A DNA stretch of 32,000 nt from Caldichromatium japonicum. Lineage in GTDB: Bacteria; Pseudomonadota; Gammaproteobacteria; Chromatiales; Chromatiaceae. A program made the translations under genes and the position numbers. Shown here in pieces: positions 5,540 to 14,954 of the stretch. The first letter of the stretch is position 1. The number at the start of each line of letters is the position of its first letter. The notes beneath the pieces were generated by a model. That model had not been told where the DNA came from and ran no database searches. It saw only the letters and a list, made by a program, of their open reading frames with translations. The stretch is taken from NCBI RefSeq assembly GCF_011290485.1, contig NZ_CP048029.1, positions 1,253,155 to 1,285,154 of the forward strand, read 5' to 3'.

Positions 5540-6919
5540 TCAAGGGGCGAGCCGCTGAACCTCGATCAACTCGGTCTCAGGTTTGAGCCGGCGTACCCAG
5601 AGGTTGAGTCGGGCGAGCGGCGGGGGCAAGCTTGCCACCGCGGATTCGGCTGATTCACGGGTCTCATGCAGGCTATGGATCAAGACAAACCAGGGACGCC
5701 CCTGATAGGTCTCTTCCCGATAGTAATAGACCATCGGGAAGGGATTGTCGGCGACAAAGCGTTCGAGGGCTTGCAGAGTACTAAAGCCAATCAATTGGAG
5801 ACAGAATGTCCGATTGCCGATCTCGATCCGGCGCGCCAGGCGTAAGGGAGATTTGGCAGGCAGCGCCCCTGGTGAGGCGGTGCCGGACGGTGCAGATTGA
5901 TCCGGCAGGGGGGGCGAAGTTGGTACTGTCTCGTCGCCGGGCGGTTGGATCTGCCCACCCTGAGCACTTTCTCCTGGAGCGGATGAGACATCCCCAGGCA
6001 TCTGCCTATCCGCCCGTCCCGATCGGTCTGCTGCCTCAGTCTGAGCTGAGGTTGAGGCCGCCGTTGGCGTCTCGTCGAGGCTATTGGGCGCGACCTCGGC
6101 ATCGTGCGCTGCCATGTGCTCAATCTGATCCTCTGGGGGCGGCAGGGGACTGCCCGGTTCAGTCGCTGCTGGGCCAAGGGGTGGGGAGGCATCGGCAACC
6201 AAGGCTACGCTGTCCTCAGCCATTGCCGTCCCCGTAGCGAGCGGTTGGCTGGGGGCTAGGGTGGCAGGGGGAGGCGGTGTTGCGTCTGACAACAGGGCAG
6301 GTCGGGTTGCTGGCGTGAGATCGAGGTTGAGGTCAGGGGTAAAATCGCCTCGCCGTTCAAGGCCGTTTGAGATCTGAGTAAGAGCTTGGGAAAGCCGTTC
6401 GATCTGGTCGCGGGTTTTGGGGTCGTTTGTTACCGAGGCATTGAGGTTGATCTGGGTGATGGCCTTTCTGAGGTCAGTGATCTGGGCCTCGAGCGACTGG
6501 TGAGAATCCTGAAGTCTCAAGAGGACAAAGGCCAGACCGCTGCCCACGAGCAGGCTGATTAGAAACAGGAGCATGGCTATAAAGATGCGCTGGCCTTGTA
6601 GACTGGCATCTAACTCATCGCGCTGGGATCTCAGGAGACGCTGCACACGCGTCTCGCCACGGCGACGCTCGTCATCGACGTCAGCGAGGCGACTAATCAG
6701 GTCACGCTCAAGGGTTTCGAGCTCCTGACGCGATTGCTTGAGCTCGGCGTTCAACTGGAGGAGGCGGTCGGCCAAAATCTTGAGATAGCGCACAAGGGCA
6801 GGGTTGGGGCGCACATCGGTCAACGTCGCCTGAGATTTGGGGTGATGAGAGGGCGCAGTCTCCATCCGCACACTATCCATCCGCACACTATCCGGTGTCT
6901 CCATCTGCATGTCTCGCAA
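5540..6919 (-). CDS. SPOR-domain (DamX-like) membrane protein: N-terminal coiled coil, one TM, long Pro/Ala/Ser-rich linker, C-terminal SPOR
   Basis: TM segment IFIAMLLFLISLLVGSGLAFVLL. The C-terminus FCLQLIGFSTLQALERFVADNP....YYYREETYQGRPWFVLIHSLHETRESAESAVASLP fits the SPOR peptidoglycan-binding fold pattern. Confidence 0.7.
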   Translation of the reverse strand: MRDMQMETPDSVRMDSVRMETAPSHHPKSQATLTDVRPNPALVRYLKILADRLLQLNAELKQSRQELETLERDLISRLADVDDERRRGETRVQRLLRSQRDELDASLQGQRIFIAMLLFLISLLVGSGLAFVLLRLQDSHQSLEAQITDLRKAITQINLNASVTNDPKTRDQIERLSQALTQISNGLERRGDFTPDLNLDLTPATRPALLSDATPPPPATLAPSQPLATGTAMAEDSVALVADASPPLGPAATEPGSPLPPPEDQIEHMAAHDAEVAPNSLDETPTAASTSAQTEAADRSGRADRQMPGDVSSAPGESAQGGQIQPPGDETVPTSPPLPDQSAPSGTASPGALPAKSPLRLARRIEIGNRTFCLQLIGFSTLQALERFVADNPFPMVYYYREETYQGRPWFVLIHSLHETRESAESAVASLPPPLARLNLWVRRLKPETELIEVQRLAP

Positions 6920-6983
6920 CGATTGGCAACGACATCTGGGCCAGGGTGCCTGGCATCGGCACCCAAGATGTTGAAACTCTAGA

Positions 6984-7880
6984 TCAGTCCACGGGCGGGC
7001 GCAAACCGCTCGATTGTCCGGTCAGGATGCGCAGCGCCGCACGGACGCGATTGCTGGGGACAGCGAAGCCGATCCCGACATTGCCGCCCGCTGGCCCGAT
7101 GAGCGCAGTATTGATCCCCACCACTTCGCCTCGGAGATTGAGCAAGGGCCCGCCCGAATTACCCGGATTGATCGAGGCATCGGTCTGGATGAGCTCGCCG
7201 AGCGGCTGATCCCCAAGGCTACGGGGGCCAATGGCGCTGACGACCCCTAGAGTCGTCGTCTGACCGAGTCCAAAGGGGTTGCCGATGGCGATCACAAAGT
7301 CGCCGACCTGCAGGCGATCCGAATCGCCCAGCAGCAGGGGACGCACATCCACCGGCGGGATCCTGAGGAGGGCGATGTCCGAGCGCGTATCGGCGCCGAT
7401 CTTTTGGGCCGGCAGACGGCGCCCATCCTTGAGCCTGACCTCGATCCGCGCGGCATCCTGCAAGAGATGATCATTGGTGACCACATAGCCGCGTGCACTA
7501 TCCAGGATCACACCAGCACCATAGCTCAGGCGTCTTTGTAAGGTCTCGATCTTAGGGAGCGGCAGGCCCATGCGCTCGAGAAAGCGTTTAAACTCCGGGT
7601 CATCGAGAAAGGGGTGCGTCTCGCTCAGGGTCCGCGACTCGACTTGGATATCGACCACCGCCGGCATGACCTGGCGCATCAGGGGTGCCAAGCTCGGCTG
7701 GGCGAGGGGGCTGAAGAGCGGCTGGATCGCGTTTGCAACTGGGGGCTCGCCTGGGGGCGGTGTGGCGCAGGCGGTCAGCAGCGACAAGGCAAACCCTGTC
7801 CAGAGGCGTGCCCACCAGGGGGGGCGTTCACGGCTGGGGGCAGGGCGTTTGGACAAAGCGGCTGGCATGCGGGAGATCAT
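6984..7880 (-). CDS. Trypsin-like serine protease, HtrA/DegS family (S1C) without PDZ domain; probable lipoprotein
   Basis: Catalytic triad contexts are VVTNDHLL, TRSDIALLRI and INPGNSGGPLLN, plus GINTALIGPAGGNVGIGFAVP. A lipobox-like LSLLTAC is present. The protein ends about 20 aa after the protease domain. Confidence 0.8.
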   Translation of the reverse strand: MISRMPAALSKRPAPSRERPPWWARLWTGFALSLLTACATPPPGEPPVANAIQPLFSPLAQPSLAPLMRQVMPAVVDIQVESRTLSETHPFLDDPEFKRFLERMGLPLPKIETLQRRLSYGAGVILDSARGYVVTNDHLLQDAARIEVRLKDGRRLPAQKIGADTRSDIALLRIPPVDVRPLLLGDSDRLQVGDFVIAIGNPFGLGQTTTLGVVSAIGPRSLGDQPLGELIQTDASINPGNSGGPLLNLRGEVVGINTALIGPAGGNVGIGFAVPSNRVRAALRILTGQSSGLRPPVD

Positions 7881-7904
7881 CGGCGGGAGTAGGGTGCAAA
7901 ACCT

Positions 7905-9158
7905 TCAGCGCGCCAACCTGCTGGCGACCCGAAACCTCAGCCCTGGATCGACCTGCTGCTCGATCAGGAGGGCAAAGGGTACCCAGACCCCATCGCGTCG
8001 GACATAGCCGGCATAGCCGCTAACCCCGCTGAGGGTACCGGTCTTGGCCCGCACCCGCGGTTCACCGGGCTGCTCGGGCATGAGATCGAGATAGGGGGTA
8101 AACGACTCAAGAATCTCAACAAGCTGGCGGGCGCTCAGGCGATTGGTGCGCGCAAGACCCGCCCCCTCGAGGATGACTGCATCCCGCCAGCCGAAAGACC
8201 GTCGCACAAGGCCCGCCATCGCCTGTTGCGCCTTGGTGAGATCGACCGGACTGCGCCCATCGGATACGGCCAGTCTGATAAACAGGGCATTGGCGATGAA
8301 GTTGTTTGAATATTTGAGCATCGCGGCGACAATCTCGGCCAGGGTGCGGGCGTTTTGATGGCGCAGGATCAGGTGCGCATCCGCAGGCACCGGCCCGACC
8401 CGCTGTCCCTCGCCGACCTTGATGCTGGCTGCACTCAGCTTGGCGGCGAAAAGCTCAGCGAAATGGGCGAGCGATGACCTTCGATCGCCGAGATTGACCC
8501 GGATGGCTGTTCCCTCGGGGAAAGCGCCGGAGGCCAATAATCCCCGACCGATGCGCTCGGCGGTCGGGGTGAGCGGGGTCTCGGGCTCGGCGCTTCGGAT
8601 CGTCTGGCCTGTACGGATGAGGCCTAGGGTATTGAAATTGGCCGCAAGCGCCGTGACCGGTGCATCATAGGGGTTGGTCGAGCCCTCGCGCCCGGGAAGC
8701 GTAAGTTCAGGGGCAAAGAGCCCATCGTCGAGCCCGATCCCTGCAGCCCGCGTAAGCCCCTGCGTGCGCAGCGCCTGGGCCAGCCGATCGAGCTCCTGCG
8801 AGACCAGATAGGGGTCGCCGCTGCCGCGCACCCAGAGCCAACCCGATCGATCCTGCCAGAGTTCGGTCGCAAAGCGATGCCACCGTCCCCAGGTGGTAAG
8901 CGCCGCATAGGCGGTCAGGAGCTTGAGGGTCGAGGCGGGGATGCGCGGTGTATCCGGGTCGAGCGCGATCCGCTCCTGCCCCTGTTCGCGCAGCAATAGG
9001 CTTGCGTGATTCAGCGACCGCAGCTCGGCGAGCGGATCGGTACCGGTACCCCCCCAGACCCAATGCGTATGGACCAGATAGAGGGACAGACAGACAGCGG
9101 CCCAAGTGAGCAAGCGGCGCATGGTGAGATAGCTGGAAGGCGATAATGGCGAAAGCAT
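7905..9158 (-). CDS. dacB: D-alanyl-D-alanine carboxypeptidase/endopeptidase, PBP4 family (peptidase S13)
   Basis: SxxK (PASTLKLLT), SxN (YSNNFIANALF) and KTG (AKTGTLSGVSGYAGYV) motifs occur in the correct order. An N-terminal signal-like MRRLLTWAAVCLSLYLV is present, and the start may instead be M13 at 9122. At 417 aa it is shorter than E. coli DacB. Confidence 0.75.
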   Translation of the reverse strand: MLSPLSPSSYLTMRRLLTWAAVCLSLYLVHTHWVWGGTGTDPLAELRSLNHASLLLREQGQERIALDPDTPRIPASTLKLLTAYAALTTWGRWHRFATELWQDRSGWLWVRGSGDPYLVSQELDRLAQALRTQGLTRAAGIGLDDGLFAPELTLPGREGSTNPYDAPVTALAANFNTLGLIRTGQTIRSAEPETPLTPTAERIGRGLLASGAFPEGTAIRVNLGDRRSSLAHFAELFAAKLSAASIKVGEGQRVGPVPADAHLILRHQNARTLAEIVAAMLKYSNNFIANALFIRLAVSDGRSPVDLTKAQQAMAGLVRRSFGWRDAVILEGAGLARTNRLSARQLVEILESFTPYLDLMPEQPGEPRVRAKTGTLSGVSGYAGYVRRDGVWVPFALLIEQQVDPGLRFRVASRLAR

Positions 9159-9224
9159 ATCACGCCGTCTGAGTCGCCTGGCGGAGGATGCTGCACCCCA
9201 TCATACCGGCAAACGCCCACAGCG

Positions 9225-9249
9225 GTAGGATACGCACTGCGTACCCTAC
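9225..9249. repeat. REP-like palindrome GTAGGATACGCA-C-TGCGTACCCTAC between bioD and dacB
   Basis: Arms of 12 nt with one mismatch. It belongs to the same motif family as 12813-12835 and 13986-14007. It may act as an mRNA stabiliser or attenuator after bioD. Confidence 0.6.
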
Positions 9250-9255
9250 AGGGCC

Positions 9256-9948
9256 TCAAGGCTGCTCGCCCAGGGCGAGCGGCTCAAGGTCGAGATGGAC
9301 GGAGACGGCCTGCGCCCCTGGACCTGCGAGCCAAGGTACCATCCCCAAACAAGGGGCAGGGATCAGGGAGCTCAGGACATCGAGGTTTTCGCGCAGGGCG
9401 AGCATCTGCGGGTCGATCCAGTTGGCGACCCAGGCGGCGAGCCTGTTCCCCTGGCCGATGATCGATTCTGCGGTCAGCAGGGCATGGTTGAGACAACCCA
9501 GACGAATCCCGACGACCAGGATCACGGGTAGCTCCAAAAGACGCGGCAGGTCGCTGAGAAAGAGCTCGGCGCCCAGGGGAACCCTCCAGCCGCCGACCCC
9601 TTCCACCAACACCAGATCGGCTTGTGCTTGCAGCTCGGTGTAGGCGTCTTTGATCCGCCTGCTCCGGATCTCGATCCCCGCTTGCGCCGCTGCGATGTAC
9701 GGGGCGATCGGCGGGGCCAAGGCATAGGGATTGACCTGGTCATAAGGGACAGGGAGCGACCCTTGGGCCTGGATGCGCAAGGCGTCCTCGTTGCGCAGCC
9801 CCTCGGCGGTCGGCTCACAGCCGCTTGCCACCGGCTTCATCCCGAGCACCTGGTAGCCGCGGGCCTGAAGCGCGGCCATGAGCCCTAGCGTGACCTCGGT
9901 CTTGCCGCAACCCGTATCCGTCCCCGTGATCAACCAGCCGCGGCTCAT
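9256..9948 (-). CDS. bioD: Dethiobiotin synthase
   Basis: MSRGWLITGTDTGCGKTEVTLGLMAAL..GMKPVASGC carries the P-loop and the BioD N-terminal signature. ATGA overlap with the bioC stop. Confidence 0.9.
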   Translation of the reverse strand: MSRGWLITGTDTGCGKTEVTLGLMAALQARGYQVLGMKPVASGCEPTAEGLRNEDALRIQAQGSLPVPYDQVNPYALAPPIAPYIAAAQAGIEIRSRRIKDAYTELQAQADLVLVEGVGGWRVPLGAELFLSDLPRLLELPVILVVGIRLGCLNHALLTAESIIGQGNRLAAWVANWIDPQMLALRENLDVLSSLIPAPCLGMVPWLAGPGAQAVSVHLDLEPLALGEQP

Positions 9949-10805
9949 GGCCCGCTCCTTGAACGGCGCCCGACGGCGCTGATCGGGACCGCGACGGTCT
10001 GCACCCCTGCTTGGACCTCTGGGACCCTGGCATAGCCATAGAGGACCTCGAAGCTTGCAGGCAGCAGCCCATCCCGCCGGTAACGCTCATAGGCGGCGGT
10101 CAGGGCCTCTAGGCACCTGCGACCTAAAAGACCCCGCGGGCGGTCGAGGGTCGCATTGTGTGCCCCGAGCCCCTTGAGGTCGTGCATGAGATCACTCAGA
10201 TCGCCATAGGTGAGGGTCAGACGATCGGCGTCCATCACTGCGTCTGTTAACTGGGCGCGCAGCAAGGAATCGCCGAGGTCATGGAGGTCGATGAATGGGC
10301 TAACATGGCTGTAGCCGTCGACCTCAGCCCAGGCTAGGCGCAGTTCCTTGAGCGTATCCGGGCCAAAGGTGGTAAAGAGCAGGGTCCCGCCCGGGCGAAG
10401 CACCCGCCGGCACTCGGCAAAGACCCGATTCGGGTCACACCATTGCAGCATGGCATTGGAGATGACGAGATCGATCGAGCCCGCGGCCAAGGGGAGCGAC
10501 TCGGCATCGGCACAGAGGCATAGCGGCCTTCGCCACCAGTGGCCGCGTCGACGCGCCCTGAGCAACATCCCATAGGCAAAGTCCACTGCTACCAGGCGGG
10601 CGCGTGGATAGCGGCGGGCGAGCGGTTCGATGAGATGACCCGTACCCGTGCCGAGGTCTAGGATCGCCTTGGGTGAATCCTTGAGATGAGTGAGCCGCTG
10701 CAGGAGACGCCCGGCGATCTCGCGCTGCAGGACAGCGACGGCGTCATAGCCTGCGGCTGCGCGCTCGAAGCTCAAACGGACGCGGTGTTTGTCGATCGGG
10801 TTCAT
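9945..10805 (-). CDS. bioC: Malonyl-ACP O-methyltransferase
   Basis: The start [30 protein letters not shown] is typical of BioC. SAM motif ILDLGTGTG. The start at 10805 overlaps the bioH stop as ATGA. The longer ORF to 10979 is an Arg/Pro-rich extension. Confidence 0.85.
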   Translation of the reverse strand: MNPIDKHRVRLSFERAAAGYDAVAVLQREIAGRLLQRLTHLKDSPKAILDLGTGTGHLIEPLARRYPRARLVAVDFAYGMLLRARRRGHWWRRPLCLCADAESLPLAAGSIDLVISNAMLQWCDPNRVFAECRRVLRPGGTLLFTTFGPDTLKELRLAWAEVDGYSHVSPFIDLHDLGDSLLRAQLTDAVMDADRLTLTYGDLSDLMHDLKGLGAHNATLDRPRGLLGRRCLEALTAAYERYRRDGLLPASFEVLYGYARVPEVQAGVQTVAVPISAVGRRSRSGP

Positions 10806-11554
10806 GGGCGAAGACGAGAGACAAGGGCGTTGAGATTTGCGCCAAAGGGTTGGGGATGGGAGAGATGCGGGGCATGGGCGGCATCGGGGATGACCTGGAC
10901 CTGGGCCCTTGGCGCAAGCTCGGCGATCCGCTCGCCGACCCTGACCGGCACCAGGGCATCGCGCCCACCCAGGACCCAAAGGAGCGGGCAGCGGATTTCT
11001 TGCAGTCTTGACCGCAGATCGACCTGACGCAGGATCTCAAGACCGATCTCGAGCGCCCTGGGGTTAGGGGCGGGCGCTGCAGCGATGGCCTGTTTCAGCC
11101 GGCGCAGGGTCGATTGCGGCTCAGACCCGCCGCGCACCTGAAGGGCGAGAAAGCGGTTGAGGGTCTCTTGCGGCTCGGTCAAGAGCTCGGCATGAAATCG
11201 ATCGAGCGTCTGCTCGGGCATGGCCGCCAGCCAGTCCGGTGCCTGGATGAATCTGGGGCTGGCAGCAACGAGGACCAGGGCCTGCACGCGCTCGGGCGAC
11301 TGAAGCGCCGCGGCAAGGGCGATCAGCCCCCCCAACGACCAGCCAAGCCAGATCGCCGCTTGGGGGGCGCGCGCAAGACAATCCTCGGTCCAGCCCTCAA
11401 GGTCCGCGCGGCCTGCAGGCAAGGGGATGCCGCTATGCCCGGGGAGGGCGAGCGTCTGGGGCGCGAGTCCCTCCCAGACCGCTGCGGGCACCGCCTCCCA
11501 GACCTGATCGCACATGCCCCATCCGTGGAGCAAGACACAGGGCCGCTCAGCCAT
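10802..11554 (-). CDS. bioH: Pimeloyl-ACP methyl ester carboxylesterase
   Basis: Alpha/beta hydrolase: LLHGWG, nucleophile elbow GWSLGG, C-terminal [11 protein letters not shown]. The start at 11554 is preceded by GAGGAA with a 7-nt spacer and overlaps the bioF stop by 8 nt. Its position inside bioBF_CD supports the call. Confidence 0.8.
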   Translation of the reverse strand: MAERPCVLLHGWGMCDQVWEAVPAAVWEGLAPQTLALPGHSGIPLPAGRADLEGWTEDCLARAPQAAIWLGWSLGGLIALAAALQSPERVQALVLVAASPRFIQAPDWLAAMPEQTLDRFHAELLTEPQETLNRFLALQVRGGSEPQSTLRRLKQAIAAAPAPNPRALEIGLEILRQVDLRSRLQEIRCPLLWVLGGRDALVPVRVGERIAELAPRAQVQVIPDAAHAPHLSHPQPFGANLNALVSRLRP

Positions 11555-12779
11555 CGCACTGTTCCTCATCCGCATCGAGGGGGGGCGCAGGTCGCACCTC
11601 AGGCGCGCAGGATCCCCCCATCTCATCTAAGAGACGGGCGAGCGCCGCAAGCAAGCGGCCGATGTCCTCGGCGGTATGAGATGCCGAAAAGGTCACCCGC
11701 AGCCTGGCGGTGCCCTGGGGGACGGTCGGCGGACGGATAGCCGGAACCAAGATACCCCGCGCTGCAAGCGCCTCGCTCCAGGCCGAGGCCAGTTCGCTTT
11801 CGCCCAAGAGAATCGGCTGGATGGGGGTGGCGGAGTCCATCAGGTGCAGGCCCAAGCGCCGCGCCCCCTCGCGGAAGCACCCGATCCAGTCGGCGAGACG
11901 CTCGCGCCGCCAGGTCTCCTGGCGGGCAAGCTGAAGGCTTACCAGGGTCGCCTCAGCCAGGGCTGGGGGGGGCGCGGTGGTATAGACATAGCTTCGCGCC
12001 TGATGGATCAGGGTCTCGATGAGGATCTCTGAACCGGCGACGAAGGCACCGAAGGTCCCCAATGCCTTGCCCAGCGTCCCCATAAGGATGGGCACCTCCT
12101 CCATCCCCAGATCGAAATGCGCTAGGCTGCCGCCACCCTCTAGCCCGATGACACCAAGCCCGTGTGCATCATCGACCATCAGCCAGGCCCCCGAGCTGCG
12201 CGCGATCTGCGCAAGCTCGGGCAAGGGCGCAAGGTCGCCGTCCATGCTAAAGACCCCATCGGTGACGATGAGACGCGCCTGTTCTTTTGCAACCAAGGTT
12301 TGCAGCGATTCGGAGTCGGCGTGCCGATAACGGCGAAGCCTGGCGCGGGCGAGGAGAGCGGCATCGATGAGCGAGGCATGGTTGAGCCGATCCTCTAAGA
12401 CCAGATCGCCTGGTCGGGTCAGGGCAGCGATGACCCCGAGGTTGGCCATATAGCCGGTCGAAAAGAGTAGGGCGCGCGGGCGACCGGTGAACTCGGCAAG
12501 GGCCTCTTCCAGCGCCTGATGGGCGCAGGTATGCCCGTTGATCAGATGCGCCGCACCGCTGCCCACCCCCCAGCGCTCTGTCCCAGCGCAAAATGCAGCG
12601 ACGACCGCCGGATGATTGGCTAACCCTAGATAGTCGTTGCTGCAAAAGCCGAGCATCGGCCTGCCGTCGATGGTGGCATGCGGCTGAGTGGGACCGGCTC
12701 GCACCCGCAGGCGGCGCCACAGCCCCTGCGCGCGCAGCGCCTGGAGACGGCTTTGCAGTTTGCTCTCATCGATCGACAT
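11547..12779 (-). CDS. bioF: 8-amino-7-oxononanoate synthase
   Basis: ..GLWRRLR...[32 protein letters not shown].., with the PLP lysine in GTLGKALG. The start MSIDESKLQ is at 12779. Confidence 0.9.
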   Translation of the reverse strand: MSIDESKLQSRLQALRAQGLWRRLRVRAGPTQPHATIDGRPMLGFCSNDYLGLANHPAVVAAFCAGTERWGVGSGAAHLINGHTCAHQALEEALAEFTGRPRALLFSTGYMANLGVIAALTRPGDLVLEDRLNHASLIDAALLARARLRRYRHADSESLQTLVAKEQARLIVTDGVFSMDGDLAPLPELAQIARSSGAWLMVDDAHGLGVIGLEGGGSLAHFDLGMEEVPILMGTLGKALGTFGAFVAGSEILIETLIHQARSYVYTTAPPPALAEATLVSLQLARQETWRRERLADWIGCFREGARRLGLHLMDSATPIQPILLGESELASAWSEALAARGILVPAIRPPTVPQGTARLRVTFSASHTAEDIGRLLAALARLLDEMGGSCAPEVRPAPPLDADEEQCDG

Positions 12780-12812
12780 AGGGGCAGGATGAAGGTCTAA
12801 TCCGGTGGCAGC

Positions 12813-12835
12813 AGGGTGCGCAATGCACACCCTAT
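12813..12835. repeat. REP-like palindrome AGGGTGCGCA-A-TGCACACCCT spanning the bioB stop codon
   Basis: Arms of 10 nt with one mismatch, located at the bioB/bioF junction. Confidence 0.55.
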
Positions 12836-13869
12836 GAGACGCAATGCTCGGCCCGCTGCTCCCGCTGACAGGCCATAGGCTCGCTGCGCTCGGGGACGAA
12901 GGGCTCGGTCATAAGTCCCAGGCGTTCAAACAGCCTGCGGTCGCGATCGCCGGGGGCATTGGGGGCGGTCAAGAGACGCTCGCCATAAAAGATCGCATTG
13001 GCCCCGGCGAGAAAACACAATGCCTGAAGCTCATCGCTCATCAGATGTCTGCCGGCGGCAAGCCGGATATGCGAGCACGGCATGAGGATGCGCGCCGCCG
13101 CCACTACACGCACGAACTCGAATGGATCCAAGGGCTCGGTACCAAACAGGGGCGTGCCCTCGATCTGGACCAGGAGATTGATCGGGACCGACTCGGGGTG
13201 TGCCGGCAGGGTCGCCAGTTGCTGAAGCAAGGCGGCGCGATCGCGCCTGGATTCGCCCATCCCCAGGATCCCGCCGCTACAGGTCTTCAGGCCCGCGGCG
13301 CGGATGTGCTCTAGGGTTGCAAGCCGCTCTTGATAGGTGCGGGTGCTGATCACCTGGCCGTAAAACTCGGGCGAGGTATCGAGATTGTGGTTGTAATAAT
13401 CGAGCCCGGCCGCCTTCAGACGCCTGGCCTGTTCTGCGGTTAGCATGCCGAGGGTCATACAGGTCTCAAGCCCCAAAGCCTTGACCCCCGCGATCATGGC
13501 GATCACCGGATCGAGCTGTTTGTCCGTCGGGTTGCGCCAAGCCGCGCCCATGCAGAAGCGGGTTGCACCCTGCGCCTTGGCTGCGCGCGCACGCTCCAGG
13601 ACCTCATCGAGCGACAACAGGCGCTCGGGGGCGACCGCCGTCGAGTGATGGGCGCTTTGACCACAATAGGCACAGTCCTCGGGACAGGCACCTGTCTTGA
13701 TGCTCAACAGGGTACTAACCTGGATGCGATTGGGGTCGAAATGGGCGCGATGGAGCGACTGGGCGGCAAACAAGAGGTCATTGAACGGAAGCTCGAGGAT
13801 GGACTCGACCTCTTGCAAGGTCCAGTCGTGACGCGGCGGGTCTTGGGGGCAGGGCAGGGGTCTTGACAT
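12832..13869 (-). CDS. bioB: Biotin synthase (radical SAM)
   Basis: [11 protein letters not shown] is the CxxxCxxC motif, with ..[10 protein letters not shown].., ..YNHNLDTS.. and ..GGILGMGE... The start MSRPLPC at 13869 is preceded by GAGGAG. The longest ORF (to 14085) reads through REP-like repeats. Confidence 0.9.
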   Translation of the reverse strand: MSRPLPCPQDPPRHDWTLQEVESILELPFNDLLFAAQSLHRAHFDPNRIQVSTLLSIKTGACPEDCAYCGQSAHHSTAVAPERLLSLDEVLERARAAKAQGATRFCMGAAWRNPTDKQLDPVIAMIAGVKALGLETCMTLGMLTAEQARRLKAAGLDYYNHNLDTSPEFYGQVISTRTYQERLATLEHIRAAGLKTCSGGILGMGESRRDRAALLQQLATLPAHPESVPINLLVQIEGTPLFGTEPLDPFEFVRVVAAARILMPCSHIRLAAGRHLMSDELQALCFLAGANAIFYGERLLTAPNAPGDRDRRLFERLGLMTEPFVPERSEPMACQREQRAEHCVS

Positions 13870-13985
13870 GTGGCTCCTCGGCTCGCATGGGTGACGGACA
13901 TATAACCCGGGTTGCAATCGATCGGCGGTAGGGTGCTCATTACGCACCAGGGGTGCCGGCATCTTGCCGGCTCTATCGCAATCGA

Positions 13986-14007
13986 GAGTGCGCACTGCGC
14001 ACCCTAC
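13986..14007. repeat. REP-like palindrome (GA)GTGCGCA-C-TGCGCAC(CCTAC) upstream of bioB
   Basis: Perfect 7-bp arms around a single central base. The right flank CCTAC matches the other family members. Confidence 0.55.
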
Positions 14008-14024
14008 AAAGGATCGCGGGAGTC

Positions 14025-14084
14025 TGTCAACCGATTGACCTGCGATCAGTTTACCAATGCCGGTCAAGACCGCGGCGGTTGACA
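14025..14084. promoter_or_regulatory. Nested inverted repeat in the bioB/comF divergent region: TGTCAACC-GA-TTGACC-N21-GGTCAA-N9-GGTTGACA
   Basis: The outer arms are exact reverse complements (14025-14032 and 14077-14084), as are the inner arms (14035-14040 and 14062-14067). The outer half-sites differ by one base from the proteobacterial BirA half-site TGTAAACC, but the spacing of 44 nt is non-canonical. Confidence 0.35.
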
Positions 14085-14102
14085 TCCGGCCCTTGACATT
14101 GC

Positions 14103-14891
14103 ATGAGCCGTTGTCTAGCTGTCATGACAGCAGTGAGGGAGGGTCATGATACGCACCATCAATTCTTTGGGGGCCTAGCGGGCGCTGACGCGCGCCTAGC
14201 CGCTGAGCGCCTATTGCTCGATCTGATCTATCCGCCCACCTGTCTACTCTGCGGCGCGCCGGGGGTGGGTCAGGATCTATGCCTCGGTTGTCATTCCGAG
14301 CTGCCCTATCACCGCCTTGCCTGTAGCCGCTGCGGTCTGCCGTTCGCCGACGAGATGCCGCCAGGGCGACTCTGCGGGCGCTGCCAGCGCCGTCCGCCGC
14401 CCTTTGCTCAGTGCCTCACCGTCTTTTCCTATGCGGGGCCGGTGCCCTTTTTGGTCACCGGAGCCAAGTTTCACGGACACCTGGAGGCGGCTCGTCTGTT
14501 GGGCCAATGTCTGGCCGAACGGGTAAGCGAGTCGGGGGTGGAATTGCCCGAGGCTCTGGTCCCCGTGCCGCTGCATCCTCGACGCCAGCGCGCCCGCGGC
14601 TATAACCAGGCGTTTGAGATAGGGCGGGTTGCTGCGCGCCTGCTTAGGCTTCCCATCGAGCCGCAGCTTGCGGCGCGGATAATCGATACCCCGCCGCAGA
14701 CGATGCTCGATGGACGCGCCCGAAGGCGCAACGTCCGCCGGGCGTTTGCCGTCCGAGGAATGGCGGCGGGGCGGCACCTGGCCATCGTCGATGATGTCAT
14801 GACCACGGGCAGCACCCTGAGCGAACTGACCAAGGCACTTTTGCGCTCAGGCGCCCGTCGGGTCGATGCTTGGGTCATCGCCCGGGCCTAG
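14103..14891 (+). CDS. comF: ComF family protein (phosphoribosyltransferase-domain, ComFC/GntX-like)
   Basis: N-terminal Cys pairs C..C...C..C ([28 protein letters not shown]). ..[18 protein letters not shown].. The PRT motif is [14 protein letters not shown]. The start is uncertain (M1 at 14103 or M8 at 14124). Confidence 0.8.
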   Translation: MSRCLAVMTAVREGHDTHHQFFGGLAGADARLAAERLLLDLIYPPTCLLCGAPGVGQDLCLGCHSELPYHRLACSRCGLPFADEMPPGRLCGRCQRRPPPFAQCLTVFSYAGPVPFLVTGAKFHGHLEAARLLGQCLAERVSESGVELPEALVPVPLHPRRQRARGYNQAFEIGRVAARLLRLPIEPQLAARIIDTPPQTMLDGRARRRNVRRAFAVRGMAAGRHLAIVDDVMTTGSTLSELTKALLRSGARRVDAWVIARA

Positions 14892-14954
14892 GGAGCCAAC
14901 CCTAGCATTACAAACTGTGCGTGATAGTGGATAATTTTCCACATAGAAAGCACG

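Noticed and set aside
5791-6237. ORFs 5791-6198 (-) and 5806-6237 (+) inside the SPOR gene
   Set aside because: They lie within the low-complexity Pro/Ala/Ser linker coding region. Such regions stay open in several frames, and neither ORF has independent support.
14025-14084. Canonical BirA operator (TGTAAACC-N14/16-GGTTTACA)
   Set aside because: The half-sites are similar, but every pairing gives a spacing of 21, 29, 36 or 44 nt, none canonical. I therefore report it only as an atypical candidate.
13870-14085. N-terminal extensions of the longest ORFs: bioB to 14085, bioC to 10979, bioF to 12830, bioH to 11626, nikO to 2284, DUF815 to 16632, ureohydrolase from 16566
   Set aside because: The extensions are Arg/Pro-rich or read through REP-like palindromes. 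Internal starts reproduce the conserved family N-termini and give SD sequences or ATGA/overlap coupling with the upstream gene.
14888-14905. Hairpin CTAGGG-agccaa-CCCTAG overlapping the comF stop, as a possible intrinsic terminator
   Set aside because: The stem is only 6 bp and no T-tract follows it.
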